Part shown: in pieces, positions 38,500-51,800 of the stretch | Layout of the letters: each line of letters starts with the position of its first letter | Position numbering within the stretch: the first letter of the stretch is position 1 | Assembly: GCF_026210795.1 (NCBI RefSeq) | Contig: NC_089433.1 | Location: 4,030,001 to 4,094,000, forward strand | Direction of reading: 5' to 3' | Length of the DNA: 64,000 bases | Source of the DNA: Rhizophagus irregularis | Lineage: Eukaryota | Notes under the pieces: model-generated | Seen by the model: only the letters and a program-made list of their open reading frames with translations | The model's database searches: none | What the model was told of the DNA's origin: nothing | Translations under genes and position numbers: made by a program

Positions 38500-40290
38500 G
38501 TATAGTATCTATATATTGGAATAATTTGATATTGATTTTGTTAAAATGTGTACATGGTTATAATTTTTTGGGCGCAATTCTTTATTATTAAATCTTATTA
38601 AATTAATGCAGCATATAATAAAAAGCAACGATTTAGAGCGTATTTAAAAAGAATTGTACAAAAATATTTTATATTAATCATATTGTTTCATAAAATGATC
38701 TTAAAAAATATTTCATATGACTGCATTTGTTTCCGTATTTCCTCTTAGTAATATTGACTTGAATTAACTTTTATATCACATTTTTTTTTATTTTGAATAC
38801 CTTATAATCATTTCAATAATTAAATTTCATAAGAAATAAATGATGCTTCTGAAATAACACTTTCATATTTATTTTACTATAAACTCTGAAAATTCGGAAT
38901 ATTTCGGTGTACAATCCACAATGGTTAATAATGTCATAATACCGGTCAAATTTCGTGATTTTTTTGTAGTTAACGCAGGGGAGGTTTGATAATTCCTAAC
39001 TTTTAACGGTCTTTTAATAACCACGTATAAAATTTATTTATCGATTTAATTAATATATATAAAGATTAAGAAATTTGTAAATATATTTCTTCTGTTACTG
39101 TATTTGTAAATATTTAAAAATAATCTTTGCCTTGCAAAAAGACGCAAGTTTTAAATAGGACTTTTATCGATACTGCATCTATTATATATTTTGTATTAAG
39201 GTTTCACTAACTAAATGAAATCGAAAAATATGATTCGCAATCTTCAAGATTAATCATGTTCATGTAAAATGCTTATTATTTTGTTTTTGGTAATAACAAG
39301 TAAATGTTGATATAGGTGATCATTCGTTTATAATATGCAACTTTATTTCATAAAGCTTGTAATTTAATCGGAAAAATTTAAAACGTATCCAAAATGGGAT
39401 TAGTTATTATTAATAATGATATTAAATTTTTAATTTTTAAAAAATTAAAAAATTAAATTTGGTCTCAATAATCGGTCGAAATATTATACTGTGAAATTAT
39501 TAATTTTGAGGCGCAGTATTATATTTACCACTTAAATGTACTGCGTCCGTAATGACGTAAAACTATTCTGGGGTTTTTATTGGTTATTTATATTTTATTA
39601 GGAGATCAAGTGATAAATTTAGGTTAAAAGTTTACCCTTGAAATGATCTACAGGCCCGTGATCAAGAATATTTAACGAATCATTTATATGACTTTAGAAT
39701 TTAGAAATTATTTATTTATTAATGTTCTACATACAATGGGATCTGATGATAAAAATAGAATTTAGAATTTTTGTTTGAAATTCTTGAGAATTAATTTACT
39801 TTCTTGAATTTTTCATTTTTATTATTAACTTTTATTTTTATTTTGAAACTCGGGAACTGTTATAATTTTTATCAAAGTTTATTTTGTAGTTTGTGGTGGC
39901 AAACGTCTTTATGACGGGAACAAGCTCTACAATACTATTGATTATCAACGGTTCCTAAGCGTTAAGAGTAAGATATTTCCATCAGAGCTCAAATCAGCTA
40001 TTTTTAATTAAATTCTTCAGACTTTCTAACAGCGCTTAGTTATTAGTTTTTGTAAAAATGTGTGATTAATAAAAACTTTATCTTTTCTAGTATTAAGAAT
40101 GGTTAACCAAGTTTTTATATTTGGTAATGTATAATAAAAAATGCAGTTAGAAAATTTATTCGACAAATTTTAAGCGATGATCATCAATGACGCAAGTCTT
40201 ATTGTGAAACGAGATACGGATTACAAATTTAAATTGAAACGATTAATTTCCCACATTTGAAACATTTTTTTTTTTAAAAAAAAAGACAAA

Positions 40291-41829
40291 ATGTCTACCC
40301 AATTTTTTTCAAAATTAAGTAAAAATTATATTGAATTATTAGATGATGATGAATATTACGATATAACAATTGAAGTTGGAGAGGATCCTAATGTAAAAAT
40401 CTTTCGTGCTCATAAGAATATTTTGTGTTACCGGTCTTCGTATTTACGACGAACTTTGGCTTCTAATAAAAAAAATAAGGAAAATGTTTTAATTCATATT
40501 AAATTATCAAACATATCACCTGAAATCTTTCAGATTATTTTAAAGTAAGGGTTTGTATACAATAAATTTATATGTAATAACATAATCTCAAATTTTTAAA
40601 TATTCAAATTATTTCAAATTCGAAATTCAAATTTTTTGTATAGGTATATTTATGGTGGTATTATTTCATTGAATGGACAAGACTCTTCGGAGATTCTCAA
40701 ACTATTATTAGCTGCGGATGAGCTGCTACTTCAAGAATTAGTTGTTTATTTACAAAAATATTTAATTGAAAATAAAACCGAATGGATGGAACAACATTTT
40801 GAGCTTGTTCATAGAACAAGCTTTCAATCAAATTCTTTATTAGAACTTCAACAATACTGTACGGATTTTATGGTAAAATCTCCAGAGAAAATATTTAAAT
40901 CACTTGATTTCACTTCGCTTCCTGAAAAATCTTTAGTTCAAGTTATTAAAAGTGATGATTTACAAATGAAAGAAATTGAGGTTTGGGAACATGTATTAAA
41001 ATGGGGACTTGCACAAAATCCTACACTTCTTCCAGATCCTAATACTTGGTCAGATGATGATTTCAAAGCAATGGAAAGTACTTTACAACATTGTTTATCT
41101 TTAATTAGATTTTTTAGTTTATCATCTAAAGAATTTTTAGAAAGAGTTCATCCTTACAAAAATCTTTTAAAACATCAACTTTATAAAAACTTATTAAATT
41201 CTCATTTGGATCCTGATAGTGAACCGACTGATGACATTTTATTCCCTAGAAGCATTAAAATTGATGGAATTATTAATTCAAAGATTGTTAATAATTTAAA
41301 TATTATTTCAACCATTTCAAGACGGATTGATAAAATGGTAATTAATAATAAATTTGATCATTTAAGAGAATTATATTTACCATATAAATTTCAATTATTA
41401 TTAAGAGGAAGTCGAAATGGATTTACACCTAAAAAATTTCATGATTTATGTGATGATAAATATAATACCATTTCCTTTATTAAAATAAAAGGAACAGAAG
41501 AAATTATTGGTGGATATAATCCGATAATATGGAGGTCTTCAGATACTTGGGGAGAAACAAAGCATAGTTTTATTTTTTCCTTTAAAGAAAAGGATGTTAA
41601 GAGTGCGATTATCAGTAATATAAAAAATACAGAATATGCATTGAATTATGGCACTTCTCGTGGTCCATGTTTTGGTTGTGACATTATTATAAAATCTACT
41701 ATAAGTGGGTCTGAAAATTATAACAATATTTACTGTAATAAAAATCATTATGAAAAAAATATAAGAGATACTGATTATAATTTTTCAATAGAAGACTATG
41801 AAGTATTTCAAATCAAGGAGAGGAAATAA
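40291..41829 (+). CDS. BTB-BACK-TLDc copy 7; exons 40291-40544, 40644-41829 (479 aa)
   Basis: Intact frame, conserved intron and motifs. Confidence 0.92.
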
Positions 41830-43729
41830 AATTAATTTTACGTGTAATTATAAAAAATCGCAAATATGCAAATATACTATTATGATTCTTGTAACTGATT
41901 CTTTATTTATCAAATTTTAAAAATCCCTGTTCTCTTTATTAATATATTTAAATTAATTTTTTTATATTCTTTCAGTAAACTATTTTTAAAGTTGAATAAT
42001 AAAGAAACATTTTAATGAGTTTTCTTCATATTCTTCAACAATATTAGCTTTAATTATCTTATATCTCACTTTTTTAGATGAGTTATTTCTGTTCTATTAA
42101 ATTTCACAAGCCATAATAACTATAAACTTTTTATTTGCTTAATTTGGAGTTTTCATTGATAATAATTTAATCAATACGTTCATTAAAATAATAGATAAGG
42201 AAATGTCGGCGAATACGTTTATCACTGATGTACGTTGTATTGTAAAAAATGGGTAAAGATCAGTTTATAATTGAACTATTAAAAATGATATATAAAATAT
42301 TAATGATACTCGTAATACTCGTTAAGTTATAAAGTATAGTCAATTATTTTTTTAATAGTTTAAAATTTTAAATGCTAAAATATTTAAATTGCACTTTTTA
42401 TGAGAAACAGTATTTTAAGTTAAGAATTTATAAATATAATTGTTGCAATAATATATATCTTGAAATGTATTTTGAAACACAATAAACAATGTCGCTCTTT
42501 TATGGCTTTATATCGGTATCTTAAATAGGAATGAAGGTTAAGATTTTGAATTATCAATACGTCGGTAAACTATTATGAATTTTCTAAAAAAAAATATATT
42601 GGAAAATTCTTTCTCCTTTATTTAATCTTGAAGAAAATTTAATAAATAATTTTTTTTTAAGTCAATAATTTTAAAATTTATAATTTTTATTTTGTCGATA
42701 ATTTGTATTTTAGCAATTATTTTATTTTATTTTATTGTATGAAGTAAAAATTTTTGCTTATCTTTGTCCATAACGAAAGAGATCTCTTAAGTCGAAACAA
42801 GTAAAAAAAAAATTTTTTTTTTTTTCGAAATTTTGTGTAAAAAACAGTCAGCTAGCTATTATAATAATTCCTGTTATCATTTATAAAAAAAAACAATTAG
42901 GAGGAAACTTCATTAGGCGTCCGTAATTAATGTATTTATTCCATGTCTTTATGTCTTTTCTGCATATTTATAACCTCAAATCATGGAATATTCAACTTTC
43001 GCGGATTTTTATAAATATAACGGAAATATTTAAAAAAATATTACGGAGGTTCATATTATAAACATTATTTTTATGGACATGTATTATAATTTATATTTCC
43101 TTGTTATAATGTATAAAAATATTTATTAAAATAAATATTTGTTACAAACTTTAAAAATAACGCAAACTATTTTTTTTTTATATAAAAAATCCATTTTTGC
43201 TCCAACGTACATCTATAGATTCATAGTGGCATATAAATAATTAAATGACTCATAAGAAGATGCATCGGAACCTAAAATTGTGATTATGATCAGTAAGCTA
43301 ATAATGACTTACATCAAATTTTCCCATGAAATATTCTATAAAAAGTCATTTTTTTTCTTATTTTTATTTACACTCGCACTCGAAATTTATTTTTTATTTA
43401 TTTCTGTACTTATACTCGTACTTATTAAGTTTATATTTGAATAAATAAAAATAAAAAATATATAAATATTCTTTCTTTATCGCATTTTTTAACTCCCTGT
43501 TCAGAAACACAAAAATATCTCTAGTCTTTCGGCCGCTCCTAGTCAAAAAAAGTTTCGTCGAAACTTCTCTATTTTCGTTAAAAATTTTCGCTAAAGAAAA
43601 CTTATAGTAAATAAACGACGAAAAACATACTAAAAATTTATTTAAAAATAGTTATGAACACTTATTCAATAATAGCCTTCCTTTTTTTTTTTTTTTCTAA
43701 AAACGAAAGCTTAACGTTAAAGAAAAAAT

Positions 43730-44309
43730 TGGAATAAGCGTCAAACCTGAATAGACAATAATATTTTCTATTATTCTGGTAAGTGGAAATGACTAAGCTG
43801 GGATGTATAAGGGACTAGTGCACCTAGAGTGCTTTGGTTATCCTCCTCTTCTAGTAGTCTGGTTACCTTTAATGAGAAAATAATACTATATCAGTATGTC
43901 TCAAGCTATGTCGCAGACTTCTGTATGTGGGGCCCGTCCCTTTGGTGGTGGGTCTCATGTCTTATTATCAATGTGACAGTACCTCTGCACGAGTTTGATC
44001 ACTCACGATATACGTTAATGTCAGTTGATAGTAGGCATGGGGGCTTGAATTTGTCTTTTCTGCAAAGCTTACTTAGAGTACCCGAGTCTTCTAACCCGTT
44101 TTACTATATTTTATATTTTTTAGATTCCATTCATTCAGCTTTTTTAAATTACAGTGAGGATTGGTATTTTAGATTTTTGTTATTTGTTTTAATGTATAAC
44201 AAATTTTAAGTTCTAGTATTTGCAATAAAAGTCAGTTTTAAAATTTTTATTAATATTCCAACTTTTTATTATTATATAATGTTTGCTTACACTGTAAAAA
44301 AAAAAAAAA
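43730..44309 (+). mobile_element. Probable retroelement 3' UTR or SINE-like insert, structured, ending in an A tract
   Basis: GC-rich island with G-U-containing hairpins, then a T-rich stretch and an A run at ~44296-44309. Confidence 0.4.
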
Positions 44310-44644
44310 TTGTGATAAAATAATCAATTGAAATTATATGTATTATTTATAAAATTTAACCATCTTTTATAATGAAATTGCGTTGTTTTTTTAGTTACTG
44401 CTGCCAATGTCTAGAAGGAGGTAGTGCAGCATTTGCCTGAGAATTCTATTTGTTGTAGATGGTGAAGACTAAAGTTTGGTATGGGAATTTGTAATATAGA
44501 AGCTTGCTCGTCATAAGAGTTGGCATTATTTTTTTTATTAACAATTCATTAATAAAATAAATTTTGTAGTTAATATAATTTTTATGATCAAAAAAATTCT
44601 CGTTTTACAATTTCTTATTTTTATTTATTTTTTAATTTATTGAC

Positions 44645-45400
44645 TCATATGATATTCAGTGATATCAGTATATTAATATTACAACAAAAATATGGACCAG
44701 CTGTAAAACTGAACCGTAAAGCACAAACAATCCATATTTTCACATAACTCAAAATTGCACCTTTAAATTATTCTTGTTTTTAAAAGAAAATATAAAACTA
44801 TCTTTGGTTTTACCAATGATTAGAAGAGCCGATATTATCAGATTATATCAACCAATAACCTCTTCTGTTTCTTTTATTTTAAAAAATTTCAATGAATTAT
44901 CTGTTATGCGATAATAAACCTAATATTGTTACATTCATTAAGAGGCAAATCCATCAAATTTATATGGTAAATATGATTCATTAAAATTGTTATAATTAAT
45001 AACCACTTTATCTATTTATCTTGAAATAGTTGAAACAATACCAGAATCAACGACTCGCGAACAAATAACTTCATTAGTGATTTCAATATTTATCTTTCCT
45101 AGTAAGTTCAATGTCATGAGATGATACATTGTCAGGATCCAAATAAAAGTTTAATAATTCTTTATAGAGCTATTGATTTAAAAGTTTTTGATATGGATGA
45201 ACTTTTATGAAACTTTTCAGATGATATACGAAAAAAATCTAACCAAATGTAGAATACTTTTCATTGTTCAGACCAAGTTTCAAGATCTGGAATGAAGGTT
45301 ACGCTTTTTGTACAAGACTCTTATTTAATACATATTCCATACTTCAATCTAAATTTCTAAATACTCATCAAATTTTGGAAATTTTTAGCGTGATCTATGA
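44645..45400 (-). pseudogene. Inverted, decayed BACK-TLDc relic
   Basis: Reverse complement contains gttcatccatatcaaaaactttta, ttggatcctga, tcaactatttcaaga, catatttaccatataaattt, aaaaccaaagatagttttatattttcttttaaaaac and ggtccatatttt, in family order. Confidence 0.85.
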
Positions 45401-46992
45401 TAAGAATGAACGAATGAAAAGAAATTACTTTCATAATTTACCAAATTTAGAAATTTGATGATTTTCAGGCTAAAGTAATTCTTATTTATTGTAACACGCA
45501 TCCATTTTACCCTCTTTAATTATATAATTTCATATCACGTATTATAAGTAACAGTAAATAAATTTAATATACAGTATATAAATTCTCAATATAATTAATT
45601 TATTTTTTTTTCTTTTTACAAAAGTAAAAGAAATTTATTTAAAGCAACCAAAAATTTCATTTATGAATTTATAATCATTTTTAATTTCTTAAAACAAATA
45701 ATTACATCATGACTTGACAAATAAATACAATAATCAATTCTAAATGCCGGCTCACAATTATTACATAATTCACTAGTAATTTTGTCGAATATTTTTAAAT
45801 TAATACTTAAAAACGTGGAATTCTTGATGAAATTAGTTAGATGGAGATTTGTTTTTCGTCAAAATCGTTTAATTCTCCCTTTATTTATTCAACTTATTGT
45901 ATTAATTAGAATCGGATATACGAACGAATTTTGTTTTTGCTCTATTTCACGCTCTTACCTCTGAAGGCGCGTATCTTGATGAAACATTACCTTCTCAATT
46001 AAATCCCGACAGTTATAACGATATTAAAGATACTAGCAACGAAAATACAAATATAGAAGCAGGCCGGGCCTGGGCTGGCATTTGATTTTCAAAATTTCCC
46101 GGAATCATGACGGGTTTTGTTTTCTAGTCTTAATTTTTCGTAATATTTTGCTTATCAAGTATTATCAAATTGCTCCGTCACAATTGATAAAAAATAGTAT
46201 TTCTTGAGCATTCCAGATTTCTTTTAATACATGTCAATAATTTTTTATTTTGTATCTGTTATACTGTATGTATTTTTACATTATTCCTCAATAATAATAT
46301 GCCATGCTGCTGTGCCAGTATAGTTTGACTGAAGTGATGAAATTATTCTATAAAAAAAAATTATATACGCGCACAATAAATTTTATTGTAAAAATAACTA
46401 TAACGCCATGAATATTTACTCAACCATCATGAAATTAATAAAAATCTCCATACCTACGGAACAACTTCACTTATTTAATAAAAGTTAGCTATATTTGATC
46501 AAAATGCTTAAATTACACCATAAATTATCTTTATAAATTACAAAAAATGATTATAGATTTTTAATGAGTAGTTCGATAATACCGAACTGCTTTACTTATT
46601 TGAATAGGTAAGCTTATTTTTATGTAAATCTGTACAAAAAAATCGTGTCCATCATAAAAAAAAAATAAGTTTTAATATGAAAAATATTCCCACAATAATT
46701 TAAAGTTCAAAAGGAACTAAAGATTCTCAACCACTGGATTAAAGATATTTTTAAGTAATAAAAAAGAAGAGAAAAGGAAGAGAGAAAAAGAGAGAAACAA
46801 AAATGTATTGCATATAACGATTATAACGTGACTGTAGTAACAAATTAAATCACGAGGCTAATAAAGATCTTAATAATATAGTACAAGCCGCAGATTGGCG
46901 TAATACTTGTACTACTGTGCATCAATATTTAATTTAGCTACATGTGATCTAGTTCAATTATACACTTTCCCATTTTTTTTTTAAAAAAAAAA

Positions 46993-48504
46993 ATGACTGT
47001 TCAATTTTTTTCAAAATTAAGTGAAAATTACATTAGATTATTAGATGATGATCAATATTATGACGTTACCATTGAAGTTGGTGAAGATCCCAACGTAAAA
47101 ATATTTCGTGCTCACACGATTATTTTGTGTTATCGTTCTCCATATTTACAACGAACTTTGGCCTCTAAAAAAGCGAGTAAAGATAATGCTTTAGTACATA
47201 TTAATTTGCCAAATATATCACCGGAATTGTTTCAAAATATTTTAAAGTAAGTTTACACACTAATTTTTAATACTATAATATCAGAAATTCAAAATTAAAT
47301 TCGAAATTTAAAAATCTTACTTAGGTATATTTATGGAGGTATTCTTTCATTGAATGACCATGAAACTTCAGAGATTCTTAAACTGATATTGGCAGCGGAT
47401 GAGCTACTGCTTCAAGAATTAGTTGATTATTTGCAGAAATATTTAATTGAAAATAAATATGAATGGATGGAACAACATTTTGAACTTATTCATCGAACGA
47501 GCTTTTAATGCAATTCTTTATTAGAACTTCAACGATATTGTACTGATTTTATGGCAAATTCTCCAGAGAAAGTATTTAAATCACTCGATTTTACTTCACT
47601 TCCTGAAAAATCTTTAATTCAACTTATTAAAAGAGATGACTTACAAATGAAAGAAGTTGAAGTTTGGAAACATGTATTAAAATGGGGTCTAGCACAAAAT
47701 CCTACACTTCTTCCTGATCCTAATATTTGGTCGGATGATGATTTTAAAAAAATGGAAAATACTTTAAAGTATAGCTTATCTTTAATTAGATTTTTTAGTT
47801 TATCGTCCATAGATTTTTTACAAAGTGTTCATCCTTATAAAAAACTCTTAAAACATCAACTTTATGAAGATTTATTACAATCTCATTTGAATCCTAATAG
47901 TGAACAAAATGATAGCATTTTACTTCCTAGAAATATTAGAATTGAGGGAATTATTGATACAAAAATTGTTAGTTTAAAAATTGTTTCAATTATTTCGAAA
48001 TGGATTGATAAAACAATTATTAATAATAGCAAATTTGATCATTTAAGAGAATTATATTTACCCTACAAATTTCAATTATTATTAAGAGGAAGTCGAGATG
48101 GATTTACACCTAAAAGATTTCATGGATTATGTGATGGTTGGCATAATACTGTTACTTTTATTAAAGTAAAAGGAACAGATGAAATTCTTGGGGGATATAA
48201 TCCGTTAAAATGGGAATCTTCTGGTGGTTATAATAAGGCTAATGACAGTTTTATTTTTTCTTTCAAGAATAAACATGCTAATGATGCAATTATTAGTAAT
48301 ATAGAATATCTGAGTTGTGCACTTTATAATGGCTCTAAAGATGGTCCACATTTTGGAGAAGATCTTATAATATATTCATATCGGCGTGAATTTGAAGATT
48401 ATAGTCATAGATATTGTAGAAAGAATTATTATGAAAAAAAGATAAGAGATTCCGAAGATCTATTTTCTATAGAAGATTATGAAGTATTTCAAATCACAAA
48501 ATGA
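46993..48504 (+). pseudogene. BTB-BACK-TLDc copy 8, single nonsense codon (TAA 47506-47508)
   Basis: Exons 46993-47246 and 47325-48504; AGC TTT TAA where intact copies have a Gln codon; otherwise open. Confidence 0.85.
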
Positions 48505-50302
48505 TAAATATACGATATCTTTTACATCAGCAGATTAAGTGTATTAATTTTATTCGAAAATTGAAATATGAAATTTATAAATATTCAAGTTTAAAATATA
48601 TAAACGTTATTTTTGTGTGCAATTTCTAATTTGAAAATTTAAATGCGCCGCTTTATTTACAATATTAATACATTTATCGTATTTTATCCAATAAATTATT
48701 TTTAAAATTTTCAATTCATTAATTTATCTCAATCTATAATCTAATCATCTTACATAATAATTGTCATTTAATTTAAATAAGAATATTTAATGATTTATTT
48801 TTCATGTCATAATTCATAAATTTGAAGATTGTTAAAACACATGCCCTTGTTTCCATAGTATGCGGTAATAATTAAGAAAGGAAAGGCGTGGTACGCGTGA
48901 AAAATTTCCTATCCCTATAGTCCAAGGTTAGTAATAACTTTAGATTGGTTTTAGCCTTTTTTTTAATTTATCCTATCCTTTACATTATAGTGAATGTGCA
49001 GAACATTAATAAATATAGTTATTTCACAATTAAATTTCGTAAGACAATAACTTTTAAATTGTAAATACCTTAATCTAAAAATATATTTACAATAAAAACG
49101 AATGATTGAGATGAGCATTAGTTATTTATAAGTGATATTACGTAAAAAAAAATTTTTTTTCTACCGTTAATTAAAATTTATAGGACTAATATTGATATCA
49201 CTTATAATAAAAAGATTTATAATACAATAAATTTCCACTCGGCAGTAAAATGACTCGTCTTAAATTTTCGTTAATGGTGATCTTCTAGCTCATAAATTCC
49301 AAAATCTTTGTTTTAATGTTAAAAACCAATTGTTCTAGTTGTATTTTGTAAGGATTTTGAATATAATAAATCTTTTAAAGTTTAAGGCAAAGTACAAACC
49401 TAAATCCGGAAATAGCAACTTTATCTGAAATTTTATTAATGAAAAAATGTAGTAACATTTCCGTCTAACGGATCATCCATTATTACAGCAGTAAAAAACG
49501 TTCAGCGGCGTTATTAATTCAAATGGGTGCAGAATTGCAGATAAAAAAAAATCATATTATGTTCACATGTTATCTAAAGAAATAGACAATTTTAATCATT
49601 TTTTATTATTGTCAACTGCGCAACATGCCGTACTAATAACTCATGCAATAAATTTCTACGGTTACGCAAAAACTTGATTAGTTAGATTGTTTCATCTTTT
49701 TGTCCTAACGCCATTATTTTGATAATGCTTTAACGTAAAAACTGTTTAACCAACCATCAAAAAAGGAAAGTTTTTACTAATATACGAAACCTTTACTCAG
49801 TTCTAGTGTTAATAATACTACAGAACAAGTTGATATTAAAGGTGTTTTGTTATAACCTTTAAATAGTAAATAACAGGATAATTATACTCTTGGAATCGCG
49901 TATAGAACATCTTTCTTAAATAATTTGAGCACTTATTAAAAATCAATAATACAAAGTATTAGGAATTACTATTTACTTAAAAAATCCGATCAATCATTAA
50001 GTGAATAAGCAATTTGAAAATTGAGATGGAATCTAAAAATAATAGTGTTCTGATACCTACTCAAAAAAGTAAAGCTATTAAGTTATTAAAATACCAAATT
50101 ATAATGTAAAATATAAATCTTGTTTAAGGCATAACAAATATGATTATTCAATTTATTAATATATTAGATACTTATTTGTGAAATAACAAAATATATTTTA
50201 ACCGACTAACTAACCAGATTTTGCGAAGAACTTGCGCGTAGTACATCATGGTATATTCGATTGTACGTAATAACTACATTTTTTTTTTGATCAAAAAAAA
50301 AA

Positions 50303-51800
50303 ATGTCCACTCAATTTTTTTTAAAATTAAGTGAAAATTATATTGAATTATTAGAAAACGATGAAATATTATGACGTTACTATTGAAGTTGGTGAAGACC
50401 CTAACGTAAAAATATTTCGGGCTCACAGGATTATTTTAAGTTACCGCTCTCAATATTTACGACGAACTTTGGCTTCTAAAAAAGCGAATAAAGATAATGT
50501 TCTAGTTCATATTATTAAATTTAACAAATATATCATCGGATTTCGGGAATTGTTTCAAATTATTTTAAAGTTTATATGCAATAAATTTCATAACCTTAGA
50601 CTTTCAGATATTCTAATTCGAAATTCAAATGTTTATAATATAGATAATGACGTATGTAGTACATATGGTAGACCATAGGTATATTTATGGTGGTATTCTT
50701 CCATTAAATGAACATGATACTTTAGAGATTCTTAAACTATTATTGGCTGCGAATGAGCTGCTTCTTCAAGAATTAGTTAATTATTTACAAAAATATTTAA
50801 TTGAAAATAAAGCCGAATGGATGGAACAATATTTTGAACTTATTCATTGAACAAGCTTTTAATACATTTCTTTATTAGAACTTCAATAATTTTGTACTGA
50901 TTTTATGGCAAATTTTCCAGAGAAAATATTTAAATCACTCGATTTTATTTCACTTCCTGAAAAATCTTTAATTCAACTTATTAAAAGAGATGATTTACAA
51001 ATGAAAGAAGTTGAAGTTTGGGAATATATATTAAAATGGGTCTTGCACCAAATCCAACACTTCTTCCTGATCCTAATATTTGGTCGATGATTATTTTAAA
51101 ACAATGGAAACATTCCTTATCCTTGATTAGATTTTTTAGTTTATCATCCAAAGATTTTTTACAAAGTGAAAATATTAACTCTATTAAAATCTCATTTGGA
51201 TCCTAATGGTGTCAACATTTTACCTCCTAGAAATATTAGAATTGAGAGCATTATCGATATAAAGATTGTTAATTTAGAAATTACATCAACTATTTCGAAA
51301 TGGATTGATAAAATAGTTATTATTATTAATAGCAAATTCGATCATTTAAGAGAATTATATTTACCATATAAATTTCAATTATTATTAAGAGGAAGTCGAG
51401 ATGGATTTACAACTAAAAAATTTCATGAATTATGTGATGGTAAGAATAATAATATTACTTTTATTAAAGTAAGTGGAACGGAAGAAATTCTTGGTGGGAA
51501 TAATCCTTTAAAATGGTAATCATCTGGTGATTGGAGTAAAACTAAAAGATAGTTTTATTTTTTCTTTCAAGAATAATAATGCTAATGATGCAATTATTAG
51601 TTATATAGTAAATACAGATAATGCATTATTTTATAACCGACATCATGGTCCAAATTTTGGCAGAGATACTATTACTATATGTTCTCAGAATGATGAGTTT
51701 ACTATAGTTATTGTGGAAAGTATCATTATGAAAAAATGATAAGATATGAAGATCAATTTTCTATAGAAGATTATGAAGTATTTCAAATCAAAAAAGATAA
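50303..51800 (+). pseudogene. BTB-BACK-TLDc copy 9, multiple stops and frameshifts
   Basis: Fragmented ORFs from 50361 to 51739 all match the family in order. Confidence 0.9.

Noticed and set aside
35880..38500. Diversity-generating retroelement as source of TLDc variation
   Set aside because: No template repeat or intact RT in the window; differences include indels and are not confined to adenines.
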